Shown one piece after another: positions 1-12,765 of a stretch of DNA of 64,000 bases; position 1 is the stretch's first letter, and each line of letters begins with the position of its first letter. The notes under the pieces were generated by a model. The model saw only the letters and a program-made list of their open reading frames with translations. It was not told the DNA's origin and did no database searches. Location: the NCBI GenBank assembly GCA_051294905.1, contig CM119373.1, positions 684,001-748,000 on the forward strand, read 5' to 3'. Source of the stretch: Botryllus schlosseri. Taxonomy: Eukaryota. Made by a program: the position numbers and the translations under genes.

Positions 1-180
1 TAGGGTTGTTAAAAAAAGTTTTTCTTCAAATTATACTGGCTATTCGATACAATTTTCAGTGTGGTCTGGAGTGGGACTTGAACCAAATTAGCTGTGTAGC
101 GTTAACATTTAAGTAACCTGACAATTTATTCAATAGGCCAGTAAAATTTGAAGTAATAATTCCTTTTTTTGAAAAATCCA
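1..180. mobile_element. Short decayed palindromic MITE, hATm-type (TAGGG end)
   Basis: tagggttgttaaaaaaag...cttcaaat..actggctattcgata is mirrored by ...tattcaataggccagtaaaatttgaag...ttttgaaaaatcc. Same terminal motif as 44845-45500 and 56148-56814. Confidence 0.5.
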
Positions 181-1037
181 AACGGACGAGCAGTATTCCA
201 TAACATGCTATTGCGACCCAAAATTGTCAATTTTCACGCGAGTAATGCCAGATCATACAGTTGCGCCCAACGCAGCTTGATAGTTCTAGATTTGGGTTTT
301 CTCAACAAAATATTTTAAACCAGAGGTTCTCAACCGGGTATCCGCGTACCCATAGTGGTCCGAGAAGCATTTTCAAGGGGTCGGCGCAACCTCAAAATTT
401 GCAAAATCGTTGATAACCTAGTATTCTTTTAATTAGGTAAATGATAAAGCAATTTCACTTCATAACGGCTAAAACTTCCGGACTCACAAAAACAGAATGG
501 CCGTCTGAGATGAAATATTCTGCTGTGTTTAGTCGCGTAGAATTGCCAATAGCCTATACTGGTACAGACATATTGCTGTTTAGAGAAGTTTTGTTGCGGT
601 TATGGAATATATTTGTTTGAAAAAAAAACATGTTTCTCCTTTGATATACATAACCAATATAACTTCAGGCATGGCCTACTAAAGGCCATGCTTCAGGATC
701 AGCTGCTAGATAGAAATGACCATAGATTGGACGCTATATTGGTGCCATATCTGTTGCGATTATACACAAAGATATCGTCCGAAGCATTACGCGTTATTAC
801 TACATTCGCCACCACCTATTATTGTGGATATCAATGAATTTTCGGCCCTAGCTCATGTCAAATCGAAAGCTTGGATTTTTAAGACATGGCCGTGTATTTC
901 AAGAAATACCGCTACAGAATTCGATTTGAAATAAGAAAACTCTTTTCAATTTCTATATAAATCGTATGATGTTATTTTCAAGAGGCGTCATTTTGTTGCT
1001 GTTTATCACTAGCCTACGGTTAATATTTGCACTGGAG

Positions 1038-2212
1038 CAGTGGTTATCAACCTTTTGTCTTCGCGGACCCCTTTCAGACCGTCACGGATCCCCGCGGGCC
1101 CCCACAAGTTTCAGCTCAATTTTCATGTAACCGTCATCTGTCTTGGGCAAATAGTATCTATAGGCTAGTGATAAACAGCAACAAGATTACTTTTCGTGGA
1201 AATAACATCATACCATATGTAAAAACTCGGTATCAGTACGCAGTCGTGTCTTGGAAATCAACGCCTTCGATTTGATATAAACGAGTGCCGAAATCTATTT
1301 CTACAAAGATAGGTGGTGGCGAATAATATTAACGCGTATCGCTTCCGACGACACCTTTGGGTATGATCGCAACATATACCTGGCTCAAAATTTAGATAAA
1401 GACGTTTTAATGTTTGCTTGTGGTGTTCCTGGTTTTTGTCGACCTCAAATGTTAATTTACCCCAGGCTGACATTCTTCATTTCTGCTCCGAAACTGTCGA
1501 CTTGCATCACGATCCACTTCTAATACGTTTTTTGCAAGACACCGCTTATGCGGATCGCATGGCGAGTAGGAGCCTCGATAACCCCCAATTCATAGGTAGG
1601 AACTCTGAACTCGACCTCAGTCGGACTAGAAACCGCAATCCATTGTGTTGCAGCCGTGGATTTCACCACTACGCTATCTAGCCACGTAATTTCCACGTAG
1701 CAGCTCACCTTGAATTTATTATGGAATAGGGCAATGTATATTAGCCTACATATTAAAATGGATTCCCTGGCGAGGTTTCAATCCCGTTACGTTACTCGGT
1801 TATATTAGGAATAGAAACTTCAAGAATTTCTATTTCAAACTACTGTTCACTAATTTGCCGATACTGACAACTTCAAATCGAAGATGATTTGCAGACATTT
1901 CGAACTCACCCTGATTGACCTTACTACTGCAACTTTCTATTATTTTCCACAAACTTTATCAGAACAGACTTCAACGACAATATGTTTGTATCGGTAGGCT
2001 ATTGGGACTTTTACTTTTACCATGCGTTTGTATAGTCGGATTTTTCATCTCAGACGGCCATGCTGTTAATGTGAGTCCTGAAGTTTTAACGGGTATGAAG
2101 GGAAACTGCATCGTGATCTCCCTATAATTAAAAATTTGGTTATAAATCATTTTTCAAATTTACAGGCGGACCCCCTGAAAATGCTTCGCGGACCCCCGGT
2201 TGAGAACCATTG
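1038..2212 (-). mobile_element. Second copy of the same Buster-like family, nested in opposite orientation
   Basis: TIRs cagtggttatcaacc / ggttgagaaccattg, TSD cactggag/cactagag. Its ends are reverse complements of the host ends. FATTYLC remnant on the minus strand. Confidence 0.85.
1411..1685 (-). mobile_element. tRNA-derived SINE, family A
   Basis: Minus-strand head gtggctagatagcgtagtgg (A box)...ctgcaac...ggtttctagtcc (decayed B box). The 3' tail ends in a (caaa)n-like repeat. Homologous copies at 41512-41637 and 54572-55737. Confidence 0.75.
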
Positions 2213-2556
2213 CACTAGAGATATGACGGTACCACGATAATAGAGCTCATTTTGAACTAGAACTTGTGGTTCCGCGGTGGTCCGCGACGGTCCAATGGAG
2301 GTCCGCGAAGACAAAAAGGTTGCGAATCACTGTTTTTAACTGTATGCGTATAGGCCCGTCTTTGACAGGTAGTATTTATTTATTTCGAAAAAGGTATCAC
2401 CGAACATATACGCTCGTAATTTTACGTGCATAATGGGAAAGCTTCATCAAAGTCTTAGTTTCTGTTCCTATGACTGAATATACAGTGGGAAATAACTTCA
2501 GCTTACTGTTGGTTGTAATACTAGATCAAGGAAATTGAACAGGGCTCGGACTAGCC

Positions 2557-3697
2557 CAGGGGTGGGCAAACTACGGCCCGCGGGCCGCATGCGGCCCGTA
2601 ACACCATTTTGTGCGGCCCGCGAGAGTCTAACGAAACTTATTAGAAATATTGATAAAATGCGTACCAAATATCGAATTAATGCAGGGACTAATTAATCTT
2701 TTTCTTAGTATATTTCACCATGATAATTCTAAGGCAGTGGTTCTCAAACTGGGGGGAGCCCCCCTGCGGGCGTGAAAGCATCTGAATGGGGGGCGAATCT
2801 GAGCTCAACTGAAAAAAAATTTTCGCGCTCCGCACGATTTACACCTAATTCCTGATTATTGCTCTGTATTTAGTCTGAATTTCATATCTAAAAATTTCTC
2901 ATCCACAGTCGTAACCTTACATGCCATCAAATTATCCGTTAGGTTTTCGAGCATCCTGGTTGCGTTTTATGATATGACGATAGGGGGCGCGAAATCGTTC
3001 ACCATCATAAGAGGGACGTGTCTTAAAAAGTTTGAGAACCACTGATATAAAGTAAATATTTCCTATATTAATTTTATGTTCAATTTCTGGCGCGACCATC
3101 TTAAGGCCCACAGAGTTTGAAAGGTTTCAACTGCTAAAAACCACAGAAATCCTAAACGAGATTGACATAATTCGGATCGCGAGTGTGATTTCAGATTGGC
3201 CACTCCAGTTTTAACTATTTTAGTGATGTGCTTATAGATTCGTTCTATGCGTCGACTTAGGGTATTTATATTTTATCTGCAAATAGTAGAAGCGTGTTTA
3301 AATGTAACATGGTTATGATGCTGTCAGCATTGTGTGTCCTGGAACTGAACCAAAAGTGGAATTCGTAAATCTATGAACAGATCGCTGCTAACAGATTTAA
3401 ATTTCAATCCTGTTCTAAGAATCGGGACAACCGACTTTCATCTCTATAGTTTTGACAAATTCGTCATTGAGCTCGACCAGCCTATGAAATCTCGCCACTG
3501 TTTCTGACGCGTGTATGATATCATCAATGCTATATTTGGTTTGTTTTAAATAATCATATATATTATCTCCATGTCCTCACTGTAATCAAATACCAATATT
3601 GCATTTTGGTTTATAATCCCAATTTTATATAGTGCGACCCGCTAATGGATTCAAATGTTGAATGCGGCTCGCGAGCTCAAAAGTTTGCCCACCCCTG
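2557..3697. mobile_element. hAT MITE (CAGGGGTGGGCAAACT ends)
   Basis: Perfect 8-bp TSD gactagcc. TIR caggggtgggcaaact / agtttgcccacccctg. Subterminal cggcccgc repeats. Confidence 0.9.
2735..3044. mobile_element. hAT MITE nested in 2557-3697
   Basis: TIR cagtggttctcaaact / agtttgagaaccactg. Homologous along its length to 36415-36704. TSD decayed. Confidence 0.8.
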
Positions 3698-3733
3698 GAC
3701 TAGCCTGTATATCAACACCTATTTGGGTAAACA

Positions 3734-3950
3734 TGGGATGGTGTGAACCTCTGAAAGGTTCGTGTGAGCGTGGACCTTTTTGAATAGTTCTGTGTGAACG
3801 CGAAGGTGAACCTCGTGACGTCATATTGATAATTCCAACCCTACATTTCAGTGAAGTGATATATAGCCTATTTATGTACACGATACTTAGCGACGACTAG
3901 GGCCACAGAATGCCACAATGCTGAAGTACATGCAGTCTTTACCGTTTGGC
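3734..3950 (+). mobile_element. Left-end fragment of the TAGGGATGGTGTGAAC hAT family
   Basis: Matches the left end of 4317-6257 and shows the empty site for the 4454-4755 insertion. Confidence 0.7.
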
Positions 3951-4453
3951 ACCGGCGTGTCTATTTTTCGACATGCCGGTACGAGAGAAGAGTGCCGTAA
4001 TTGAAACCACGATATATTACATATTAATCGTGCTAGGTCGTTGCTGTTCATTTCTGTGAATAGATATTGTTCGTACAAGTTCATTGATACATTGGTATTT
4101 GATATTTATTATATCGAAGACGTCAAAATCGTATATCAAACACCGTAGATAATATGTTGTAAAATACACTGTGTCGGCAATTCGCGCGTCATTGACCACT
4201 CTCAGATAACGTTCTGTGTGTTTCGTTCTAGCCGTCTTCGGGCATAGTTGTTTCATTTTGTCAATAGCTAGTGTCCATACAAGTCCACACATATCTTCAC
4301 ATCTGATATTAGTTACTAGGGATGGTGTGAACCTCTGAAAGGTTCAGGTTCGTGTGAACGCGAACCTTTTTGAAAGGTTCTGTGTGAACACGAACGTGAA
4401 CCTCATGACGTCACGTGACGTCATATTGCTAATTCCAACCCTATCTTTCGATG

Positions 4454-4755
4454 GGTCCGTGGACATATGAGCATGCGACATTACAGCATGCGACACTTCG
4501 GCATGCGACAATTTGGCATGCGACACATGAGCATGTGGGTTAAATTACGGGTTAGGGGTAGGTTAGGTTAGGTTTATGGTTGTGTTAGGGTTAGGGTTAG
4601 GGTTTAGGTTAGGTTAGGCTAGGTTAGGTTAGGTTAGGCTATGTTTCGGGTAAGTTTTTGGGTTATACAGTTACATGCTGAAGTGACGCATGCTGATGTG
4701 TTCCATGCTGAACTGTCGTTTTCCATTGTGTCGCATGCTCATATGTCGGGCAACC
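4454..4755. mobile_element. Mutator/Merlin-like MITE with a central telomere-like (ttaggg/ggtta) tract
   Basis: GG...CC ends, TSD ctttcgatg/ctttcggtg. About 15-bp gcatgcgaca subterminal repeats on both arms. Empty sites at about 3840 and 34330. Confidence 0.75.
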
Positions 4756-4869
4756 CTTTCGGTGATGTGATAGCCTATATTAATGTACACGATACCTACC
4801 GACGACTCGGGCCACATAATGCCACATTTCCGAAGTAGGCCTACATATTGGTGTTTTAAATGTCCCCGA

Positions 4870-5487
4870 GGGTGGAGATAATAAAGTTAGCTGATCCGAA
4901 AGAATGCTAATCGTGTGATTAAATACTGCTAATCGCGACGCATGAAGTTGGAGAAGGTTACGCGCGATGGTTAGTCGCGGTGTCCCGAGTTTTCAATCAA
5001 GTGACGTTATCTGTTGCATCATAATCCGAAAATGCGTTATACATAGGCTGCTAGTTGGTGAATGAAACTTAGAGATCCCACAATCTCCATAATGAAGCAG
5101 CAGCCTGCTAATGACGATACTGCCACTGTAACAGGTAGAATTATCATCATCGCGAAATGAAAGTCGTGTCCAATTCGTACGGTACAGCTAAGAAACGGAT
5201 ATCGCTTTGCAATGGCGGGTAGGAATACATAATTCGTTGATTGTTTAGTGAAGCCATAACCTAGGAGACAATAGGCACGGTCATTATCCGGAATAATTAG
5301 ACGTAGGAATGGTACGCCGTTTCTATACATAACTATAGAAATCTACAGTTGTTCCAGTTTGTTAAATCATGAGATTAACACTAACTTTATTCGCCGCGAT
5401 CAACCGGTTTCCTTAATCCTGGGTAGATAAATCCTGACGAACGCGCTAATCAACTTTATTGCTAATCCAACTTTATTATCTTCACCC
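4870..5487. mobile_element. MITE with GGG ends, possibly PIF/Harbinger-like
   Basis: TIR gggtggagataataaagtt / aactttattatcttcaccc. Absent from paralogous host copies at about 7330 and 36230. TSD ambiguous (cga/taa). Confidence 0.6.
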
Positions 5488-7319
5488 TAAATGTATCAAC
5501 TGAGGTAATTAAAGGATATAATACTCTCATAAAATCAATATCTTCCGTCGCTTTGCCAACAATTTCGACGAGGACTTACCAGGGAACATAAACTTACGCC
5601 TTAACGGTCGAGACCAGACCGGACAATGTATTCGGCGTCTGAGTATCGCTACATTGATATTGAGCTGAGTGTAAAACAGGTTTCTATACTCGCTACAAAT
5701 ATTACCCCATTAACAAGTTATACACTACACAGCAGTGGCCAACACCTCAATCGTATGGATTTGGTTTTATTGATGCAGTAAAGATATGAAGTCAAGATTG
5801 ACCCCGTACGCCTGCTAGATTTTTTTTCATCAGAAAACGGTATCAACTTCATTGATTGGTTGAATAAGCATAATTCGCTGACTACGCAAGTACGCATATT
5901 GCTTGTGATGTTTTTGAATGCGGGTCAAACTCACAACAGAGAGTCACTCAATATTCACAAACGGAAACCTGGATATTTCGAGCAAACTTTTGTAACAAAG
6001 CAAGTAAAACATTTGAGATTGTCAAGGTGCATGCTTGTTTAGTGTTGATTTTTAATGCTGCCAGCGCCATGTATAGAGTGGCCCGCAGTTGAAATGCAAT
6101 AAATATGAACCAATGTTGTAATGAAGTGAAAATTGTAATATATGAAAAAGGTTCACAGTGTAGAACCTGCCAAGGTTCTGTTGTGAACGCGAACCTCTAA
6201 ATTTCCGAGGTTCACACACAGAACGCGAACGTGAACCTCACGTTCACACCATCCCTATTAGTTACATCTAAGCTGATCAAAAGCTATGTGATAGGCCGCG
6301 TGACAAAAATATCCGCCGAGGCATCATTTCGCAGACACGCGCGTTCCTCATACCCGCCATATACACTGTCGTTTAGTTGGTTTTATTCGTCATAACCAGC
6401 TGTAGTTTGTTGCTATGAATAGCGATTGTCAGTTTCTGTTTATATTGTGCTAAAGCAACTATACTAGTTAATTCTATACCGCTCAAGGTTTCATTTGAAA
6501 ACCGGGAAGCGAATTCCGTCAGACTACCGTACCAGCCTCAAGCACATGGCTGAATACCCGTCACATAACGTGAAATATATCGTGTTCTAATAGGCATACA
6601 CCTTCATAGATTGTGTCTGTGAATTGTTGTTGTCTATATGATTCTAAATAACGGCTAATGGTAAAGTATAATTCGGAATACATACAATATTACTCAGCGA
6701 TTACACCTACGCAAAAGCGTGCGTCTGGGTATACAAAGAGCTGTCCTATATCGATATATATCTTACGTTTGTAGTAATGATAAGCATTTGCAGTAAATCA
6801 TTATGGTAAGGACTGTAAATATCCGTCTACGAATACTAAAATGACTAATATAGGGTCACAACAGTTTGAGTTATAAGCCTTAGAAGTTACCATACGCGCG
6901 CGCATCACTAGCCATGACTGGCTCTCTCGGCGGCCTGCCGCGAGCTGACTAAAACGGTCGGTATTGTTTCGATTAGAAATTAGCGCCTGCTAGACGTAGA
7001 CCGTCGACTCAGGGCTCTCTAGAACGATGAATTCTGAGCCTGTACAATACACCAGACTGTATGGTCGTCGAATACCTATACTAAGGTTCACAAGGTCCGC
7101 AATTTAGCATTTCTGTCTCCAACCAACGTTTTCTCGGCTTGATCGGGATATCAGTGGCCAGACACAGAGCTCGAAATGATTTGAGTGGCGCAATCCGATC
7201 CGCGTTGAAATTCTGAATCGAACGCTACCTTGTGTATCGTGCTCCAATCCCATTAAGGCACAGTTTTTCGATTTTGAAAATTGAAGTAAAATTTTTCAAA
7301 ATTGCAGCCGGTGCCATTC

Positions 7320-7915
7320 GGTTAAACGTCGCCAAATGTACCAACTGGAGCAATCAAATGATATATTAATCCAATAAAACCAATATCCTTCGTCGCTTTG
7401 CCAAAAATTTCGACGAGGACTTGCAAGGGAATACAAGCTTACGCATTAACGGTCTGGGCAGACCGAACAATGTATGTTGCCGTGGCGTCTGAGTGTTGTT
7501 AGGTTGATATTGAACAGAGTGTTAACGGGTTTTACTCCATTAACCATTTATACAGCAGTAGCCAACACTCCAATCGCACGGATTTGGTTTTTATGATACA
7601 ATAAACATAAAATCGAGATGGACCCAGTACGTTTGCTGGATTTTTTTACATCAGACAACGATATCAATTTCATTGATTCGTTGAATAAGCATCATTCGCT
7701 GGCGACCTACATGTAGCGTATTTCGCGGTTGATGTTGTGTGATTTCGGGTCAAGCTCACAGCAGAGCGTCACTATATATATTCACAAACAGAAAGCTAGA
7801 TATTTCGAGCAAACATTTGTAACAAAGCAGGTAAAATTTTCGAGATTCTCAAGGTGCATGCTCGTTTAGTGTTGACTTTTTATGCTACCAGCGCCATGCA
7901 TAAAGTGGCAACGCA
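7320..7915 (+). mobile_element. Internal fragment of the TAGGGATGGTGTGAAC family
   Basis: Collinear with 5490-6090. Broken at 7916 by a LINE 3' end. Confidence 0.75.
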
Positions 7916-8656
7916 GTTTGTTTGTTTGTTTTTGGGTATTCATGGTGTTTTATCGACTACTATGGTCATTTACACCAGGCTAAACATGTATCACTAGATC
8001 CGTGGATCTAGTTATGCGTGCATCTGCCAACCGCTCATGACATGTGTCATCGCGAAAGCAGAGAGTTGTGCATTTAGATAGCATATCCCACCATGCGTCA
8101 ATATATTAATCATCATTCAATATCCACAATCCATTAGGTTACAGCTGCAAATGCAGACCGCATACATACGCAATACGTAATGTTAGATAAAATGTTAACG
8201 CATAGTGACGTATTGATGGAAGTTAGTACGTTGGTGCATAGATTCATTTACTATGTTGTGATGTTGAGAATGATTTTATTGGCGATTTTAAATCATTTTT
8301 TTCGCCATTTTCGCGACAATTGTTTAACTTTCATGCGTTAGATGATTGCATTCATTGACCCAGTGAAATCTATGAACTTCCTGATGACCCGTGGGTCTGC
8401 CATTAGGACTCCAAATTCATTGGTACTGCATTTACTATGTATATGTGGCACGTTTATCTCATTCTCACTGCTCACGACAGTTCACAATAGCCATACAGAC
8501 GATACGAACAGTAAATCGCACTCCAACTGATAATCATACAGTCACCCAAGTCGAATGTTTAGTGATCGGCTTGTTAAATTCAGTTGTTAGGGTTCACGGA
8601 GTCACCAACAAAAATTAAGTGGTTTGCGCTATAGCAGAAACGTTATAAACCGCTCC
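7916..8656 (-). mobile_element. 3' end of an I/Nimb-like LINE (ORF2 C-terminus remnant, 3' UTR, (caaa)n tail)
   Basis: The minus strand gives fragments NIRLG, YGYCEL..NVPHIHSKC (decayed CCHC finger) and FGVLMADPRVIRKFIDFTGSMNAII*. It ends in aatgaccatagtagtcgat...caaacaaacaaac. Confidence 0.6.
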
Positions 8657-8664
8657 GTTAGAGG

Positions 8665-9958
8665 CAGGGCCGTAACAGCACTTCGTCAGGCCCCCCAAAA
8701 CGTTAGGGGGGGCCAAGGCTAACTTCTGGGTGACCCCCCGTTGGCTATCCGCTTTTTGACGCTATTTCACATCTCCACTGGGTGTCCGTTATGTGAGACA
8801 GCGTTTCCCGTCTAGACGCGCGAAGCGCAAAAACTTTTAGTAATTCCAGAATGTAATCGGGCAATATGATCGGGAATTACATATATATTGCTATCAATTT
8901 TGATCGTCTTTCTGCTCACGTAATCAGATTTACCGGTAGAGCTGAGCGAAGTCTGTTTTTAAATTGTAGGACATCTCAATAATAATTAGACATCTTCGGG
9001 CGTATACCCGTTGGCAGGAACGAAACAGCACTTCGTCAGCACCCCCCCCCCCCATACACACAAAAAAAATTGGGTTTGGGGTTCTCATATAGGGTGAAAA
9101 ACCGACCCCTGATAACGGTGTTCGCTTTTGCCGAGAAATTTGCTGCACTGTTTAGTGAGCCAGCTCGAAGCGCGAAAATTTTCGATAATTCATGATACAA
9201 TCGGCCAATAAGAATGCATTGCATATATATTGCTATCAATATCTTGCTTGTCCTCTCTGCTCACGTTATCAGATTTACCGGAAACTGTAGGGCCCATAAA
9301 TAACAATTAAACATCTTCGGGTGGGCGGACCCGTTGGTATGACTTCGCTGCATGATTTTATTTCGTGACCTCCTGTCTGCTGTATCAAAAATATAGAATC
9401 GCTCTAACGTACTAAACTAAAAGACGCACACGATTTCAAATTGGTATTTCTTCACTGGTATATATTTTTTCCTGCTGGATGGTATTTGTCTTCTGAGGTT
9501 CAGATTGCCAAGACAGGAACATATGGCGCCAGTCATTTAGGCGCCTATGGACAATTAAAGCTATTATTTGGAATTTATAACGAAGTTTTCGGTCTGCGTA
9601 AGGGCAGTCCGTTTCGGCCAAGCTTTTCGCGCTGCCGATCGTTCTGGCACACTTCTTGGAGTCGCATGTAATAATTACTAAATCATTATATATATTGGTG
9701 CGTGGTGGCGTGTTAATGGCCAACACCGATATGTCCATTTCTATAAATGTTGCGTGTTTTTTTCTTGGGGGAAGAGTACCAAATAATGAGGATAATTGGC
9801 AACTTTAAATCGCGCGCAGCGCGAAAAAGTTTGGAAAAAAATGCATAAATTTTCAAAAAATACGCTATCATTTATGCTAATTCACGAAATAATTTGGGGC
9901 CCCCTTCGAGCTCGCCCCCTCCAATTAGGGGGTTTGGGGTGCGGCAGTTACGGTGCTA
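8665..9958 (+). mobile_element. hAT (Tip100-like) element, CAGGGCCGTAAC family
   Basis: TIR cagggccgtaac / gttacggtgcta, TSD gttagagg/gttggagg. Fragments recur at 23071-23585, 33494-34270 and 34490-35693. Confidence 0.8.
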
Positions 9959-10156
9959 GTTGGAGGAGCTCATGGATCACAGCATATTCAAACATATAAT
10001 CGGAAAGATTTTCTCACCCTCGACATCATGCTGAAATAAAATGAGACATTTATTAGATATTAATTTCTTTTGCCCCAACTATAGAATTTGTCGATAGAAT
10101 AATTAATAGAAAAGCTTCTTAAACTGAGGTCATTGGTGGTAATAAGGGGTCCATGG

Positions 10157-11054
10157 CAGTGTTGGGATCGAGTCACCACCTTCGACTCACAAGTCATTGG
10201 ACATTTTGAATCAAGTCGAGTCAAGTCAAGTCACTCGATTTTGGAGGCGATTCGAGTCCAATCAAGTCCCTTCACGAGTCAAATCACAATTCAAGTCAAA
10301 TTGAATTTTTGAAGTATGAGATAACATAACATAACAGGTTGCTAGCTGTCTGAAACACAGATAGATTCTCCATTTATTTCGAATCAAATACCGAATATAG
10401 AGTCTAATATATATTCAAAAAGTCGTTGTATGGCTTACGCATACGTAGAGCTGATAATAAACTACGCGAGTCAAAGTATAGCTCCAGTATCTGTATTTAT
10501 CAGCCAAAACAAGGGATCGAATACGAAACCTCGAGTAGTTGGAACAAATTGATGATGCAATACAGTGAATACACTACTCATCTCCACATCCGTGAGATAC
10601 AATTCAAGCCTGCTACTGTTGAAGAGTAATATAAAGGTATGAACTATATTAACTCGACGTCAATCATACAAGATGGTTGGTTAAGGTGTGCACTGCTCCA
10701 TGTCAGCAATGAGCAGTCTGAGGAACAGAGACTCATTTCTATTAGATGAATATACCGGGTAGGCCTACTACTAGTACCTCAACGTAAGCTAAACTATGGT
10801 CATTCCGTTGGCGGTCAATTCATTTGTGACGTAGCCATGGACTGTATATCTCGAACAATCCCAACGTACGCAAGATACATCGATTTATAGTCGCACCGAT
10901 TATTCGATGACTTGAAATTGACTCGTAAATTTTGCTCCGAGTCACGAGTCAATCCAAATCTCTGAAACGCCGAATCGAGTCAAGTCATTTTTGCAAGGTG
11001 ACTCGGGTCGGGTCAAGCCATACGAAAAAGTTGACTCGATTCATCCCAACACTG
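10157..11054. mobile_element. hAT MITE with gagtc/gactc subterminal repeats
   Basis: TIR cagtgttgggat / atcccaacactg, TSD gtccatgg/gttcatgc. Confidence 0.8.
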
Positions 11055-11174
11055 GTTCATGCGAGTTTCATGTTGAAAGTACAACTATAAACTATAAACC
11101 ATAATATTGCATTGTCCTATTTATTAGATATGTCCGTATTCCTGACTTATGTCCATACTTTTAATGCTAACTAC

Positions 11175-11634
11175 CAGACTCGCACAACTATAGATGATCC
11201 CAGTTGTATATTTCGAGTATTTAGAGCGAGATGCAGGTCTTCCAATTTTAATTCAATTATAATTATAATCTAATTTGTGAAATGTTTGTATGCTCCAATT
11301 TTGATTCGAGTCTAATTTCTGTTTTTCTCCCACCTGTAAATGTTACATTAGAACTGCATAGTTCGAAACGAGCCAAGCGTGGTGTCCAGACATTTGCTAC
11401 TCTCATGTTCGTGAGAATCGAGTCTGATTCCATGCCCGAGTTATCGCAAATTCCAAAATTCTCATTCAAGTCTAATTTGGAATAAGCTGTGTAGCCGTAA
11501 TTCTAATTCAAATCGAATTTGGAAAAATATTGTGCAGCTGTAATTCCGATCCCAGTCTAATTTTGAAAAAGCTGTGTCGCCATAATTCGAATTCTAATCT
11601 ATCTAGCCGGAGTATTTTTAGTTGTCCAAGTCTG
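11175..11634 (-). mobile_element. MITE of the CAGACTTGGACAACTA family (aattag-rich)
   Basis: Ends cagactcgcacaacta / tagttgtccaagtctg. Inverted relative to the copy at 12257-12765. Confidence 0.7.
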
Positions 11635-11859
11635 AAATCAGAGGTTCATGCTGGGTTGTGACTTACATTAAAATCGGGGCAACGCCTATGTATTGTCATT
11701 AACTCATTATTATAGATATTGTCCTGTCATCTGACAGATGGGATAGCACATGCTGCAAACAACCATAAATGGAATTCAAAATGAATCACAATGGTAGGGA
11801 TATGTTGGTGGACAACGATGCTATTCACTGTACTGATTCAGAAATTCAGCCAGGAATTA

Positions 11860-12063
11860 ATTTTCTTAACCAGTTCTCTCCGTGACTACAAGGACTTGTT
11901 GCCTGCTCCGTATAAAATTGTTGATTTATACACTGTTATTTTGAATCCTCTACTAGTTGCCGACGATTACCCCTGAGGAGTGTCACCCGAAAATATTCAG
12001 GTTTATTTCATTTTGAATTTATCATTCAATTGTATATTGAAGTTGTGCACCTCCAAGAAGCTC
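11860..12063 (+). mobile_element. Penelope-like 3' end fragment with a hammerhead motif
   Basis: ccCTGAGGAgtgtcaccCGAAAatattc core at 11973-11998. Shared 3' boundary aagaagctct. The upstream peptide RDYKDLLPAPY loosely resembles PLE ORF ends. Confidence 0.55.
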
Positions 12064-12256
12064 TCGATTCAGTATTAGCTAAATAAGTCTTGCAATGAGT
12101 TGAACTTACCACCGTGAATGTATTCGAGCAACCTTCCGGTCCAGGAGGATCTGTAGAATAAGATCAGAGTGAGATTGATTGGATTTAAATATAACATCGA
12201 TAATAAGTTGATGGTTCGCCGGTGAATCGCACTCCGTAAAAACAAATTCTTAGGAA

Positions 12257-12765
12257 GATTTGGACAACTAAAGTACCTTCATCTTTTCCAAATTAGATAT
12301 AAGAATTAGATTTATAGCTACACAGTGTTTTTTTTAATTAGATTAGGATTAGAATGATAATTATATCCAAACATTCTATTCCAAACTATATTGGAATTAT
12401 TTATAGCTACACAGTTTTTTCAAATTAAATTAGAATTAGAAATATTAAATTCGCAAAAACTTGGAAATAGAATTCAATTCCTAATTTTAAGGAAATACAA
12501 CAAAAATAGCGATCAGTTGATATCAAATTATAGTTTATTCTCATAAGTCGGAGAATGGCAAATGTCTGCACAGAGAGGTTGGCTCGTATCGCGCCATACA
12601 GAAGATCTCCTGTTGCATTTTCAGGACAACCAGAAATTGGATTGGAATTAAAATGAAAGCATATAAACATTTGACAATTTATATAAGAATTCATAAATTA
12701 GATCAACGACATTTCGCTGTAATTAATCTAATTAGTCAACTAGTATTATCTAATCCAACGTTGTT
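12257..12765 (+). mobile_element. MITE of the CAGACTTGGACAACTA family
   Basis: Starts gatttggacaacta, has aattag repeats, and is homologous to 44577-45715 and 52060-52405. Confidence 0.7.

Larger units (their letters stand above)
321..2332 (+). mobile_element. Non-autonomous hAT (Buster/Charlie-like) element with transposase C-terminal remnant
   Basis: TIRs cagaggttctcaacc / ggttgcgaatcactg, near-TSD ttttaaac/tttttaac. A frameshifted remnant at about 720-935 reads ..ALRVITTFATTY / FSALAHVKSKA, the hAT dimerisation-domain signature. Confidence 0.8.
4317..6257 (+). mobile_element. hAT non-autonomous element (TAGGGATGGTGTGAAC family) with two nested inserts
   Basis: Perfect TSD ttagttac and 16-bp TIR tagggatggtgtgaac / gttcacaccatcccta. 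Internal sequence recurs at 7320-7915, 24165-24782, 32050-33091 and 34270-37255. Confidence 0.9.

Noticed and set aside
4545..4655. True telomere or chromosome-fusion relic
   Set aside because: The tract is short, degenerate and enclosed in a TSD-flanked TIR element.
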